Assembly (NCBI RefSeq): GCF_011386835.1
Contig: NC_088794.1
Span: 15,438,001-15,502,000, forward strand
DNA length: 64,000 nucleotides
Direction of reading: 5' to 3'
Source: Chrysemys picta bellii
Taxonomy: Eukaryota
In this document: in pieces, positions 13,770-25,610 of the stretch
Position numbering within the stretch: the stretch's first letter is position 1
Layout: each line of letters begins with the position of its first letter
Notes under the pieces: model-generated
The model's database searches: none
What the model was told of the DNA's origin: nothing
The model's input: only the letters and a program-made list of their open reading frames with translations
Program-made: the position numbers and the translations under genes

Positions 13770-14943
13770 CTGTAAGAAGTGAGTGAAAGTTCATAAAATA
13801 TCACCATGACCTGTAACAACATATGTTGATGGGAAAAGGTGCAAAAGGGAAACAGAAAAACTGCATAAGTCTAAACTAAAAAACCTACAGATATAATTAA
13901 GGACCTTGTTAAGATTATGCCTGGTAAACAAGAGAAGTGTGGGACCAGTAATCAATGAACCAAAATTGGTGGGTCAGAAATTAGGTCTAGGACGTTGGGG
14001 GGAAAGCTGGCTACTGTGACGCTGTCTGACTAAAAGATGAAAGAAGGGTTAGGAGTGAGCTTCACCATAATGGCTGCCTGTCCTGATGTCTCCTGGGTCC
14101 CCGGACTTTCTTCACACTAATCCTGACAGATGTTGTGACTAGATTGGGCCACGAGAGAGGGACCCAGATAGCATCGCGCCACCTCCATCAGCTCTGACTA
14201 AATCCCGAACACCGTCTAAGATATGAGACTTTGTCACACCTCAACACCCCCCCAAGATGTCCTTTTCCTTCCACACCCTGATTTCTTCTCTTTCCCATGT
14301 TTCTTCTTTTGTCTTCTGTTTAAGAGTCTGGCTCAACCAGCCAAGACTGTCTATTTTACAACACTGGTGTAAGCCTGTGACCAGAAAGAGGCAGCTAAAA
14401 GCAATGCCCTCAAAAGACCAACTCGGAGTGGCTGATCAGACCGTGTGCTGGGCCTGTGTTTTTCCAGCAGTGAGAGTCAACACCAGAGACAGAAGTTGCA
14501 TTTTCTGTCTTTGCCATTCTTTTCTTTCCCCCTTTGTACGCGTTTGTTTTGTTTTGTCCTCTGGGAAGTGAGACTGAAGTTTAACAACAGCATCTATGAC
14601 AGCTCCAGCCCATCATAACTAACGCCTTCTCTTTTCCCAGAAAGACAGTTATTACCAAATTCTAAGATACTGTCAAATGGGAAGGGGGAAAGGGGTTCTT
14701 TCTCAAAACTCTCTCCAGCGAAAGGGAAAGGGTCGGGATGTTGGTAAAATGAAAGCCTGACTTAATGCTTTACATTTCAAAGGCTTTCACTGTTTTTGAG
14801 TTCTTTTCTGAATCTTTAATAAAAAGGTTTAAAAGACTTTCAATAGTGTGTTTGCCATGATGCTAAGCAGGCTGAGGTCTCTGCCTTGTTTAATGTTGGG
14901 CAGTGACTCTTTGGTTTCTTTTTTTCCCATCTAAATTAACACA
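13770..14943 (+). mobile_element. Putative solo LTR (ERV/Gypsy-like) in the ADORA3 intron
   Basis: Non-coding, LTR-like composition with AATAAA near 14818 and an end at ...AAATTAACACA. The 5' boundary and TSD are not resolved. Confidence 0.4.
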
Positions 14944-14991
14944 TCAGGCCATATTTCTTTGAGCAAAGGTTCTACATCAACAGTGTAGAGG

Positions 14992-15601
14992 CAGGGACGG
15001 CTCCAGGCACCAGCCGACCAAGCATGTGCTTGGGGCGGCACCTTGGGGCAGGGTGGCGCTCAATTTTTTATTTTTGGATTCGGCGGCGCGGCACTCGGAG
15101 GGGAGCGGGGGCTTCGGGCGGCGTGCTGCTCGGAGGGGGGCGGGGCTTTGGGCGACGTGGCGCTCGGAGGGGGGCGGTGCTTCGGGCGGTGCTCAGGGCG
15201 GGGCTTCAGGCGGTGCAGTGCTCGGACGGGGGTGGGGGCTTCGGGCGGTGCTCGGGGGGCGGTGCTTCGGGTGGTGTGGTGCTCGGAGGGGGGGCGGGGC
15301 TTCGGGCAGTGTGGTGCTCGGAGGGGGGCGGGGGCTTCGGGCGGTACTCGGAGGGAGGGCGGGGGCTTCGGGTGGTGTGATGCTCAGGGGGGCGAGGTCT
15401 TGGGGGGGCGGGGGCTGGCGCGGTGCAGCGCTTGGAGGGGGGGCGGGGGCTTCGGGCAGTGCGACACTTGGAGGGGCGGGGCTTCGGGTTGCGTGGTGCT
15501 GGGGGGGCGGGGATTTCGGCGGCGCTCGCGGGGGGGGGGTTATGGCGGGGCAGCGCTCTTCTTTTTTGCCTGGGGCAGCAAAAAAGTTAGAGCCGGCCCT
15601 G
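14992..15601. mobile_element. hAT MITE in the ADORA3 intron
   Basis: TIRs CAGGGACGGCTCCA / TAGAGCCGGCCCTG; perfect 8-bp TSD TGTAGAGG (14984-14991 and 15602-15609); interior of repeated ggggcttcgggcgg...tgctcggaggggg units. Confidence 0.92.
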
Positions 15602-15982
15602 TGTAGAGGAATAGTATAGTCTGGGGGAATCGTGTAAATTACAGTACGAATGGAGAGGTACTTAAAGGAAAGCTGGAAGGTAGCCTGCAGAATCAGCTGC
15701 TGGTGATGGCAAACATATCCTTGCCTCAGAAATGCTGAGATCAGCTCCAGACCAGAAATGTGGTCATCCAAAACAGGCCAAATGGTAAGAGACAGACTTG
15801 GTTAAAACTAGTTAATCATTCTACATATGGTACCAAGTACTGGCAATAAGATACCTTGCCCAAAAGACCGCTGAGCACTCAAGTCAGCCACAAATGAACC
15901 TACAGCCCTTGAAGGCAGGAGTTCTTGGATGCTGCTTCACTGTCGCTAAACAATCGCCTCTAACAGGGTTGGTGTTTTTCAG

Positions 15983-16601
15983 GTACAGAATAATCACCAC
16001 GAAGAGAAGAATCTGGGTGGCTCTTGGAATTTGCTGGTTGTTGTCCTTGCTGACAGGATTTGTCCCCATGTTCGGATGGAATAAAAGGATTGACCCAAAA
16101 ATGCCCAGTGAATTCAAGTGTAAATTCACCTCTGTGATGAGCATGGACTACATGGTGTATTTCAACTTCTTCGCCTGGATCCTCATCCCTCTGATCCTCA
16201 TGTGTGCTCTGTACATCGAGATCTTCTACATTATCCGGACAAAGCTAAGTCAAAGTGCAACAAACACGAATGCAGGAGTGTTTTACGGGAAGGAGTTCAA
16301 GGCGGCCAAATCTTTGGCCCTTGTCCTCTTCTTGTTTGCGATTTGTTGGTTGCCTTTGTCCATTCTAAACTGTATTGGCCGTTTCTGTCTCAACTGTCAA
16401 ATCCCGTCGCATCTGTTGTACGTGAGCATTCTGCTGTCTCACTCCAATTCGGTCATGAACCCCGTTGTCTATGCTTGCAAGATAAAGAAGTTCAAAGACA
16501 CTTATACTCTTATTTTAAGAACCCATGTCCTGCGCATGAGTCCAAAGCTGGTCAGTTCTAGCATGGAGCAAACATCAGAGTGCGACCCAGTGACTCCTTG
16601 A
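15983..16601 (+). CDS. ADORA3: Adenosine A3 receptor, coding exon 2 (TM4-TM7 and C-tail, 619 nt)
   Basis: Acceptor gtttttcag|G restores phase. Contains [17 protein letters not shown] (Ser at 6.52, diagnostic for A3), [15 protein letters not shown] at 16599-16601. Total CDS 969 nt = 322 aa. Confidence 0.97.
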
Positions 16602-16950
16602 TGCCAACTGGCAGAGGGTCCAGGGGGCACGCATAGGATTTTACAGGGATTCCCTGGGTCACATATATGCATAATAATTCACCAAATGATGGCAAATGAG
16701 GTCTCTACCGAGAGACAGTAGCCCACTGCTCATCATAACCATTGCAATATGTATGGATGGATAATATTTAATGAGTTATGTATCTATATTGAAAATAATG
16801 TTCTTAAGGTCTTTGAGTCAAAGCATGTCACATACCTTGGTAATGTTCTTTTCAGACAAGTGGTAATATCTCCGTCTGGTCATTTGTGTAGTGTGTAGTG
16901 CGTATCTCACAATGTATGCCTATTTGCATATTGAGCCAGGTGCTAATTAA

Positions 16951-17235
16951 GGCTTGGTCTACACTACCCCCCTAATTCGAACTAAGGTACGCAACTTCAG
17001 CTACGTGAATAACGTAGCTGAAGTCGAAGTACCTTAGTTCGAACTTACCTTGGTCCACACTCGGCAGGCAGGCTCCCCCGTCGACTCCGCGGTACTCCTC
17101 TCGCCGAGCTGGAGTACCGCAGTCGACGGCGAGCACTTCCGGGTTCGACTTATCGCGTCCAGACTAGACGCGATAAGTCGAACCCAGAAGTTCGATTTCC
17201 AGCCGTCGAACTAGCGGGTAAGTGTAGCCAAGGCC
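16951..17235. mobile_element. Young palindromic PIF/Harbinger-type MITE, copy A
   Basis: TIRs GGCTTGGTCTACACT / AGTGTAGCCAAGGCC, TAA on both sides, three internal hairpins, CpG-rich. Confidence 0.9.
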
Positions 17236-17961
17236 TAAGAGACTGTAAAAATCTACAAGAGAGGAAATCTACAGGAAGAAAAACAAAAGGAGAGTTTCCT
17301 GCTTATGAATAAAGACAAAGGATTGTTTTGGGTATATCTTGGTGTGCAAAGGGACACACTGAAACCTTCACCTTGGAGGCAAACTGACAGCATACATATC
17401 TCGTGCAAGGAAGGGGTCATAGCCAGCCTGGCTGCAAAGTGCTGCAAGGATTTTTAGAGGAGCAATACTCTACTAGCCATGAGAGTATCTTGTTAATTAA
17501 GTCTAGGGTCTAGAATGCATGCTATGATTTTATTCTTTATGGAACCATTGTTTCCAATATTTCTACTTGCTTCGACTCGAATTGTTACGCGTTGTTAAAT
17601 AAACTTGTATTTGATTTAACTATGAACAAATCTCAGTGCTGTGTGTTCAGCGGAGTGGTGCTCTGAAGTGGGACTGGTAAGCTGGCTTGCACCATTTCTT
17701 TGGAAGCAGCAAATCTGTGAATACTGTGAGTGGTGCAGGGGCTAGTCACTCCAGGGAGATGCTCAGAGGTTGGAATGTGCCTATTGCTAACCTGCAGAAT
17801 GACAGCAGGGCCTGCAAGGCCTAGAGGGGAGCCATTATGTTGCCCATGGCCAGTGGAGTTGGGGAGCTGACCCCCAGTGGGCACAGAAAAGGCTTCCCCA
17901 TGCTAAGGGCAGATGATTGCAAGGTGCCTCACAGCCCTGGGTACCCCCAGGAAGAATCACA
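17236..17961 (+). mobile_element. Putative LTR remnant, interrupted by MITE copy A
   Basis: AATAAA at 17598-17603 followed by a U5-like stretch ending ...ggaagaatcaca. Boundaries are approximate. Confidence 0.35.
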
Positions 17962-19873
17962 CAAAGCAGTGGTCATAAATCAAGGATGGCTATTGAATTA
18001 TCTGGATAAATTATACCCACATAACCTAAACAGACTGATAACCCTGCTGCATTAACAGGCTCTGGGAGAAATATAGGCTCTAAATATTCTGCTCTCTCAT
18101 TCTACATGTGCTGGGGAGAAAGGTTTCACCAGAAATACAAAGGTAGCAGGATTAGTAGAATCTAATCCAAACTCAGCCCTGTTTTTCTAAAGCACGTTTT
18201 CTGCACCAGCGATTAGCTTATGGGTTTTAAGGCCAAAAGGAATCATTGTGAGCATCTAGTCTGGTCTCCTGCATAACACAGGCCATAGAACCTCACCCAG
18301 TGTTTCCAGTAACCAGCCTATAACTTGTGGTTGAGCTAGAGTGTTGCCTTTTTTTGGTATTTTTAGAAAGATCTCCAGTCTTGATTCAAAGACATGAACA
18401 TTTTCTGGTGGGGTAATGGCTTTGACTACTGATAAATGAGATACAGATCCTTTCGCCTCTAGTTCATCAGCTCAGAGCTGTCCCAGGATCTGTTATATTA
18501 TTATAACAGTTATATTATTATTAACTGTTGTTTACAGCTATCCTGGGACAGATTTGAGCTGGTCAACTAGATTTATTATCTCCTGATCATAAGTCCAACC
18601 ATTGAGGGGTTGACAATGGACTGTCCTCCCCACTCACCTTTCTGCTATACACTTGGTTTCCCTTTCAATGCAGCTGCAGGTCTAGTGCTTTTATCCAGAC
18701 ACTCCTTCCCACTTTTTGCCGCAGTTACACCCATGCATCTGATGGTACCTTGTGAGAACTGGGTTCCAGCACATTCACTGGAAGACAGGTGTCTGCAGCA
18801 CCAACCCTCACTCTCCCTTGGTGGCAGTCTCCGCAGAAAGGCCAAAGGCTGAATGGGCTGTGGAGGCTAAACTCCCCTCTTAGCCCTACAAGGAGTTCCT
18901 GTCAATGGGGAGACGTTTATCAACATGGAATTCACTTAACCCTCCCCCCCAAAAATAAATAAATCTCGGAACCACACAACCGTGGACGTGTCCTGCTGAG
19001 ACATATCACACCAGATAGTAACAGGCAGCATTGGGGGAGGACGGGATAACAAAATATGCCACAGGGGCACAATATACCAGTTCTTTCACGGGAATATCAC
19101 TGAGTTGGCCTAGCTGGAGGTACAGCTTTTATTATTTCAAAAGTCAGTAAAGAGATTCCAGGTGCATGTTTTGTCTTTTACATTTTCTCATCCGGGTTGT
19201 TGACCAGGGTCAGTTGGAAAAGATGTTAGGTGTGCATTCCTGTTTTCCAGAATACAGTATTTAGCAGCCTGGGCATATCCTGACTGAATAATATTTGAAG
19301 AGAGGGGGTCTTGTGTTGTCTGAGCCAGGAACTCCAGAGTTTTAATCACAGCTTTGGCAGTGACTTCTCTTTCAACCAGCTACTAAACCACTCTCACAAT
19401 TTTGCCATCTGTCAAATGGAGAAAATAATCATGTCACAGGGTGTTGTGACTATTTCTTAATGTTTGTAAAGTGTCTTGAAGACAGAAAGCTGCTCAGCAT
19501 TATTCATACAATATATCTCAAGCCTGCTGTTGTATTTTTGTTCATCTTTATATTTTAGCTACCGATGTGTTTGGAGGCCCAGCAAAAAAAGTCAGTTGAG
19601 TAAAAGGAAAACTTATGGGAATCTGAGTGAAGGCCACGTCTCTCTTTGAACGCATCTCTGACTGATTGCTGAATAGTTTTCAGTAGTTGCATTGTTTCCT
19701 AATTGCCCTGCCTGCCCCTGAGAACTTCCATTCACATCTGGCTCTCTCTCAACACCGGATTCAGTGTTACCTCATGTGGTCTGATCAGACGCTGTCTTTC
19801 CTTCTGTCTCTCCATTTTTGAAACATCACTGGGAAGCATCACGAGTGTTTGTGGAAAGTGGGATGAACTAGAG

Positions 19874-20061
19874 CCAGGGTAGTCAATTATTTTTTGTCAA
19901 GGTCCAAATTTCTCGGTTAAGGTATAGTCAAGGTCCAGGCTCCAGAGAAGAAAAAAAACAATAATGATGATATTAATAAGTAAATAAAAAGATTTTAGGG
20001 TCCTTTCAAAAGCATCTGGCAGTCTGGGTTTGGCCCACAGTCCGCCTACTGACTACCCCTG
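19874..20061. mobile_element. Short hAT MITE
   Basis: Termini ccagggtagtcaa / ctgactacccctg; 8-bp TSD AACTAGAG (19866-19873 and 20062-20069). Confidence 0.85.
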
Positions 20062-20582
20062 AACTAGAGTGATTGCAGCAGAGAAACCAGAGGAATAGAG
20101 AACTGCAAACCACCACAAAAGCCAAACCTCCATGGACTAATACCTGAAAAAGAGGAAGCCAGAGCAGTGATGAAAGAATAAGACTCAAACTTCCATTTAT
20201 GAGAGCAGCTGATGGAAAAGAAACTTTGCTTTAAGTATTAAGTGAAATGCACTGTTGCAAACTAAAGAGACTTTGGAAAAAAACAGGGAAAGTTAATTTT
20301 GCTGTAAGGTTGAAAACCATATAGCCACATTGAACAAGCTTGTGGTTAAGACACTAGACTAGGATCTGGAAGATCTGCATTCAATTCCCCCAGCTGCCTG
20401 AGGTCCTCTTTTGAAAAATCGAAATTTCTCCATCTTTTTAGCAGTCTTGTCTTTTTGGGCTGCAAACTCTTTAATGCCAAGCACACCAGAGCCCTGATCT
20501 CAGCTGGTGCCCCTAGGCACTACTGTAATACATGTAAGAGCAGTTCTTATACACTGATCACTGGAGTATGGCAGGGCACGGG

Positions 20583-21578
20583 CATAGGCATGCGCATGGG
20601 GTGTGCCGGGTGTGCCCAGGCACACCCTAATGCAGGGGTGGGGAAATGGCCCCACTCTCCCGGCCGAGCACAGCAAGTCGCCGGCCCCTCCCCTGCCTTC
20701 CCCCTTCCCCTGGAGCCATGCCGCCGCGCGCGCAGCGCTCTGGGGGCCGGGGCTGCGCACTCTCGCAGGGAAGTGTTTGGCTCCGTGGGGAGGCAGACAC
20801 GCTCCCCCCTCCCCTGGAGCCATGCCGCCGCACGAACAGTGCTCTGAGGGACGGGGCTGCCCGGTCCTGCGAGGCAGCATGTCTGGCTCTGTGCGGAGCC
20901 AAACATGCTGCTAGGAGCCTCATGGTAAGGGGTCCGGGGGGGTTGGATAAGGGGTGGGGGCAGTCAGGGGACAGGAGCAGGGTGGGTTGGATAGGGAGTG
21001 GGATCCCGGGGGGGTGGTTGGGGTGAGGGGGTCTCTGGAGGGGACAGTCAGGGAACAGTGGGGGGTTGGATGGGGCATGGGAGTCCCGGGGTCTGTCAGG
21101 GGGCAGGGTGTGGATAGGGGTCAGGTCAGTCAGGGGACAGGGAGCAAGGAGGGTCCGGGGGGGCAGTTAGGGTGGGGAGTCTCTGGAGGAGGTGGTCAGG
21201 GGACAAGGAGCTGGGGGGAGGGTGGATGAGTCAGGAGTTCTGGGGGGGCCTGTCAGGAGACAGGGGTGTGGAGAGGGGTTGGGGCAGGCAGGGAGCGGGG
21301 GGGTTGTATGGGTCGGGAGTCCCGGGGATCTGTCTGGGGGCGGGGATGTGGATAAGGGTTGGGACAGTCAGGGGACAGGTTGGGGGTAGGGTCCTGGGGG
21401 GCAGTCAGGGGACAAGGAGCAGGGAGGCTTAGGTAGAGGGTGGGGTCCTGGGAGGCAGTTAGGGGCAGGGGTCCCAGGAGGGGATAGTCAGGGGGTGGGA
21501 AGTAGGAGGGAGTGGATGGGGTCTGGGGCGGGGCTCCCTGGGTGCACATCCTAATGAAATGTGCTGTGCACGCCTATG
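20583..21578. mobile_element. GC-rich hAT non-autonomous element
   Basis: Termini CATAGGCATGCGCA / TGCACGCCTATG; perfect 8-bp TSD GGCACGGG (20575-20582 and 21579-21586); internal cccctggagccatgccgccgc and gtcaggggaca repeats. Confidence 0.9.
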
Positions 21579-23904
21579 GGCACGGGGACAGTAGAATGAT
21601 TAGCCAGCCATGCTCAGGTTCTTTTACTTTTTCTAATGTTTAAAAAAAATCCAAGGTCAAATACATACGAGAGCAAAGAGTGGGTTACATGCTGAGCTGT
21701 GTGGGTGCAAGCTGGTGTGAACTCGCACATTCTGAATGTCTCAACGGAGTATGAAGGGGGACTCCTCCTACCTGCAATTGCCTTGGAGGATTCTAGGCGA
21801 TAGCTTCTGCCATTTTACAAACAAGAATTTGTGATAAGTCACAGCAGGTTGAAATTGGTTAATATTCTTAAAACAGGATGTAGCTCTGGTGGATAAAGTA
21901 TCACAGCTAATCAAATTGCAAGACTGACTTCTAATCCGAGGGGCATCTACCTCATGTGACATCCAAATGCACATGCAGCATTCTCTCTAGATCATACTAA
22001 CTTTCTCCAGATGTCTGACATTTAAGTTAGCATAAACTTCACCCACTGTCCTCCCCAAGGTGATCAGAGAAAGCAGCCTGAGTAGATTGTCAGCTCTTTG
22101 GGCAAAGGGCTCTTTGTCCTGTGTTTGCGTAGCACCTAGCACCACAGGGTCCTGCTACAAGAATACAAATAATAACAACCGTCTCAAGACCCTTTCAAAC
22201 CACATCTTGACTGGAACACGTTCCAGCCAATAAGCTACATTAAATAGCAGTAGTTGATCGGTAGCATCTGTTGTTTCTAATAAGCAGAGCAGAGAGTGGA
22301 AATAGGATGTAGGACCCCGGCTTTTTTTCCTGATAAAGGCTGTTATAGGAAAAGTTGAAAGGGAGCAATTCTGTTCCGCTCATCCAAGGAAGTTACTGAT
22401 AAAAATGCTCTAGTTCTTGGCCTTTTGACTAAGATGAAGCATAGAACCAGTTTAATACCTGTCACAGCCTGTGACAGGGGATTATGTCTGCTCTGGTGTG
22501 CCGGTGGACTCAGGTAATGAGCAGGTCAGTGAGGGAGCTCAGCCAAACTGCATAGCACACATGGATTTCACTGCAGAACCCCCTGTTCATCAGTGACAGG
22601 GCAGATCAGCTGGCTGCTGTGGGTAGTCAGAGGCTTGGACAGGGGCCCCCTTTAGTTAGCTGTGGGCCTCACAGAAGGTTTATTCCCAGGGCCTGTGCAG
22701 TGACACCCTTTGTGAGAGACCAGGTGAGCCCAAGAAGGCACAGGACCAACACCCCCGTAGGGCTAATAGACAAACTGAGCCTTTCTGAGACCAGACATAA
22801 TGAACAAGCAGAAAAAAATGCTTGGCCCAGCCCGATCTTCAGATGAAACTCCACAGCACTAAGTTTGGAGAGAATCATTCTGCCCGGCCTTCCTAAACAG
22901 AACCCCAATGGACAGCATTGGAGACCCCATAGTGCCCAGAGAAGAAGTGAAGCAATTCTATTCTTCCCAGCCCTGTCAGGCTACCCTTTTCCCCCTACCC
23001 TCAGCACACATCTCTTATAGGGGAATTTAGTAACTCGCCCCAGCTGAGTCCACTTCCCCTGTCCTCTTAGTCAGGGTCACTACAGTTAGGATAGGCACCT
23101 GTGTGGTTTTCAGGGCTCAGGGAGAGTCTCTATTAACCTTCTCCCTGCCAAGAGTCCATTGCCTGCCTCACACCATTAAAAAGGCCTGTCTGCTTCCCAG
23201 CTAGGGGCATTGTCCGAAGCACTCTCCTGCACGAGACAGAACACAGCATTCTCTCTGCCCTGTGGTAGACACCCTTGGAAGTACCTCAGATTTTTACTCC
23301 TGTGCCAGCTGTGCGGAGACCCAGTGTGCGGCCGGTGTGCTAATTAAGCCGACGTAAGCCGACATAAGCTGTACTCAGTGACAGCTCAGTGATGAAGACT
23401 CATGATTGGCTGAGCCAAGCCAGGTCCTGCACTCAACTTGATGGCATTTCTGTCTGTCTGTAACATGGTAACTTTTGAACCCTGCATCCAATCAGTTCCA
23501 AAATGATGTCGGAACAATGGGTAGAACCCTATGGATTTGGGTGCAAATAGGAAAATGGTGCACACACAAAGCCCTTGGCATCTAGTTAACAGACCCAGCA
23601 GCTGCAACCATCTCTTAGATTGCCTAGAATCAAAGACCCAGTTGATGGCAGCCATTAACAACTGGTTAACACAGAGCCCCTGCATGAAAGAGGTTAAGGG
23701 GGTGGGTGCAGGGAATCCTTGAAACAGAGGGACAAGGGAGGGATGCACATAGGGAACTCAGGGGTAGGGGGAGAACGGATGAGTGCAGGGAGCCTCTGGG
23801 GTGTGCAATGTACTCAGCCGGTAGACACAACCCTCTGAGCAGTCTAGCAGTGACCAAAGTACCCAGAAACTCAGGCACACAAAATGGATGTGCACTTCTA
23901 CAAA

Positions 23905-23975
23905 TACTGGACTTAACCTCCCTCTGCCTCAGTTTTCCCCTCTGTAAAATGGTGATAATGACTATTATTATTTAA
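23905..23975 (+). repeat. MIR/CORE-SINE fragment; similar remnants near 26590-26700, 36590-36680, 38800-38880, 48340-48460 and 60000-60290
   Basis: ctctgcctcagttttcccctctgtaaaatggtgataat is the CORE-SINE signature; gaaactgaggcac occurs in the reverse copies. Confidence 0.65.
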
Positions 23976-25417
23976 TGCTATGACACTACCCCAATGACCG
24001 ATTTGTGATAACAAGTAAGTATTAAGGACCTCACTGAAAGCAGTCCCAGAGCAAGCTAAAGTATTTCAACCCTTTCCAGGGCCCCAAACTCTAAACATAG
24101 GGTTTGATTTTAGGACCCAGTCTTTGAACTGGGAAATGCATATAATGAACACACAAATACATTGAAAGGCTTGTTTTTGTATCCTGCTTTATCAATGATT
24201 CATTACCGGTCAATTAAAGGAGAAGAAGAAGAGCACTAAAACCAGGCCTCCAAAATGTACGTGGCATTTTTCATGCAAACGTATTGTAAACTTAAAAGTG
24301 TTCACATTTGTAGTATGTTCGTTTGCAACAGTGAATATTTTTATGCCTGCTCTATTTTCTAGTATGAGTAAAATTCACCTTTTTCCACTTCCTAGCAGCA
24401 CAAACTGGAGAGAGGGGCACAAACTAAGGCCCTGATTCTGTAATTGGATTTGTGCAGGAATTAAGATCTGCCCCTGGAGATTCAATTGCTGTATTGAGGT
24501 CTTATAGCATTGCTATAGCTAGGTTACAAATGTGTATGCAGTGAGGGACAAGAGGAAATTTGCTTCTAACCCTTTATTGAATTAATTCAAGTATTGTACG
24601 TTTACAGAAGCATTTATCCTGTGCTCTAGGTTGCTTTAACAAATTAAAAACATGATGCAACTCTTTTCAAAATATTTCAAATAAAAAGACTGGAATGACC
24701 CCAGCCACACTAAAAACATAAAAAACAATTCAAAGTCAAATCATTCATTGCTCTCCCTAAACGTCCCAAAGCTTTCAATATAATAATGGTTCCCCCAAGG
24801 CTGCATCCCTTTGTCATTGATATCATGCTACACTAGTGCTTAAAGAAATGGTGGTTTTTAAACATGAGTGGAGAAGAACAGATCTCAGTGTCAGTCATTA
24901 TAAAGCACAGTTGCTCATCCCTTATCTTTTACAGTCATCATGTGGCCATTTAATCTCACTTCTTTAAACGCAGAGTAATGTGTTTGCATTTCTAGACATT
25001 TCCTCCTCTTTTCTATTTACGAAACTCAGCTTCTCTTTGTCAGATATTGTGAATACTGACTTCTGCTGAGGTGTGCAGCAAGCTTAATCAACCCAAGAGA
25101 AATAGGATCAGATTTACAAAGATATTTATATGCTAAAAATGCAGATAGACACCCGTGGGATTTTTAGAAGGCAGTGCCCAACTCTCATTGGAGTTAAAAA
25201 TCTGGCCCAAGGCATTTGAAATCCAAGTAAGTGCCCATCTGCATCTTTAGGCTCCTAAATACCTTTGAAAATCTGATCTTATGTATTGACCAAAGTGAAG
25301 AAGGGTTCAATACTCAAGTAACAGGGCATGAGAATGTTGGAGGTATAGATTCCATTCCCAGCTCTATTGCTGGCGTGTCATGTGACCTTTGGCAAGTCAG
25401 TTCAACCCAGATCCACA

Positions 25418-25610
25418 GGGATAGCTCAGTGGTTTGAGCACTAGCCTACTAAACCCAGGCTTGTGAGTTCAATCCTTGAGGGGGCCACTTAGGGATCTGG
25501 GGCAAAATCAGTACTTGGTCCTGCTAGTGAAGGCAGGGGGCTGGACTTAATGACCTTTCAAGGTCCCTTCCAGCTCTATGAGATAGGTATATCTCCATAT
25601 ATTATTATAT
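25418..25610 (+). mobile_element. Turtle tRNA-derived SINE with CR1-derived 3' end
   Basis: A box TAGCTCAGTGG, B box GAGTTCAATCC, then gactt...gacctttcaaggtcccttccagctctatga (CR1 3' end) and an AT-rich tail. Confidence 0.88.

Noticed and set aside
15024-15771. ORFs of 118-197 aa inside the ADORA3 intron
   Set aside because: They derive from the hAT MITE 14992-15601 tandem repeats.
20455-21549. Cluster of GC-rich ORFs
   Set aside because: They lie inside the hAT element 20583-21578, which has a perfect TSD.
25418-25490. tRNA-like A and B boxes
   Set aside because: They continue into a CR1-derived tail with no acceptor stem, so this is a SINE head, not a tRNA gene.
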